The notes beneath the pieces were generated by a model. That model had not been told where the DNA came from, made no database searches, and saw only the letters and a program-made list of their open reading frames with translations. From Oligoflexales bacterium (lineage in GTDB: Bacteria > Bdellovibrionota_B > Oligoflexia > Oligoflexales > CAIYRB01): a DNA stretch of 18,036 nt. This document shows, one piece after another, positions 17,768 to 18,036 of the stretch. The position numbers and the translations under genes were made by a program. The stretch spans positions 1-18,036 of the forward strand of contig JBGSUI010000094.1 in assembly GCA_041736175.1 (NCBI GenBank), given 5' to 3'. Numbering within the stretch: the first letter of the stretch is position 1; every line of letters begins with the position of its first letter.

Positions 17768-17902
17768 TCACTTGACCTGTGAAGAGCAAATCGCTAGAGG
17801 CCTCTTGGATCCGTCCTCCTTTGGGATCTCGACGATCCTTGAGGGCTTAGGAGTGTAGGTGCCTCTGCGTATTCTGATTAGGAGGTCTGTAAGGTCATTT
17901 GC
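17768..17902 (-). pseudogene. fragment of group II intron reverse transcriptase/maturase
   Basis: LTDLLIRIRRGTYTPKPSRIVEIPKEDGSKRPLAI matches the RT0/RT1-RT2 signature (Y.P.P.R.V.IPK.DG..RPL.I). The frame stops a few codons later with no YADD, and the upstream residues do not resemble RT0. Confidence 0.8.
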
Positions 17903-18036
17903 GCAAGAGGGGTCAACCCTACATGCTTCGTCCTCCCCTGGGGATACAGCCTGCTCCAACAATGCATTTGGCTCGGCACCCACGCGTGACAGTCTCGGGG
18001 CTCAATCCGTTCAACCTTACGGCTTCCGGCTCGCTT
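17768..18036 (-). mobile_element. degenerate group II intron remnant (runs off the right edge)
   Basis: RT fragment preceded on the minus strand by GCGAGCCGGAAGCCGTAAGG...GGATTGAGCCCCGAGA...AGCATGT, which resembles group II intron domain I motifs as recalled. No domain V is seen downstream. Confidence 0.55.

Noticed and set aside
17768..17983. Treating the RT-like ORF as a functional retron or defence RT partnered with the ATPase
   Set aside because: Only about 40 RT-like residues are present, with no catalytic YADD. The gene is convergent with the ATPase and its motif is of the group II intron type.

Overview
Bacterial chromosomal window (style of proteins compatible with a Gram-negative delta-proteobacteria/Bdellovibrionota-like organism; inference only). 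From left to right: an AT-rich orphan predicted lipoprotein gene preceded by a perfect sigma54 -24/-12 motif; a minus-strand block of bamD followed by a three-gene module (membrane-anchored DUF2760 protein plus two atypical Hsp70-family ATPases, the second with a long DUF3731-type C-terminus); a plus-strand housekeeping block (TonB-family protein, MltD-like lytic transglycosylase, class V aminotransferase, etfB, etfA, terminator hairpin); and an accessory patch (HEPN then MNT pair, a degenerate tRNA-like stretch, an archaeal-type ATPase-wHTH-PD-(D/E)XK nuclease, and a broken group II intron remnant). The most interesting candidate system is the DUF2760/double-Hsp70 module. The DUF2760 protein shows GrpE-like architecture, suggesting a dedicated membrane-tethered chaperone-like machine of unknown function. 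All family assignments come from motif recognition by eye, not from database searches.
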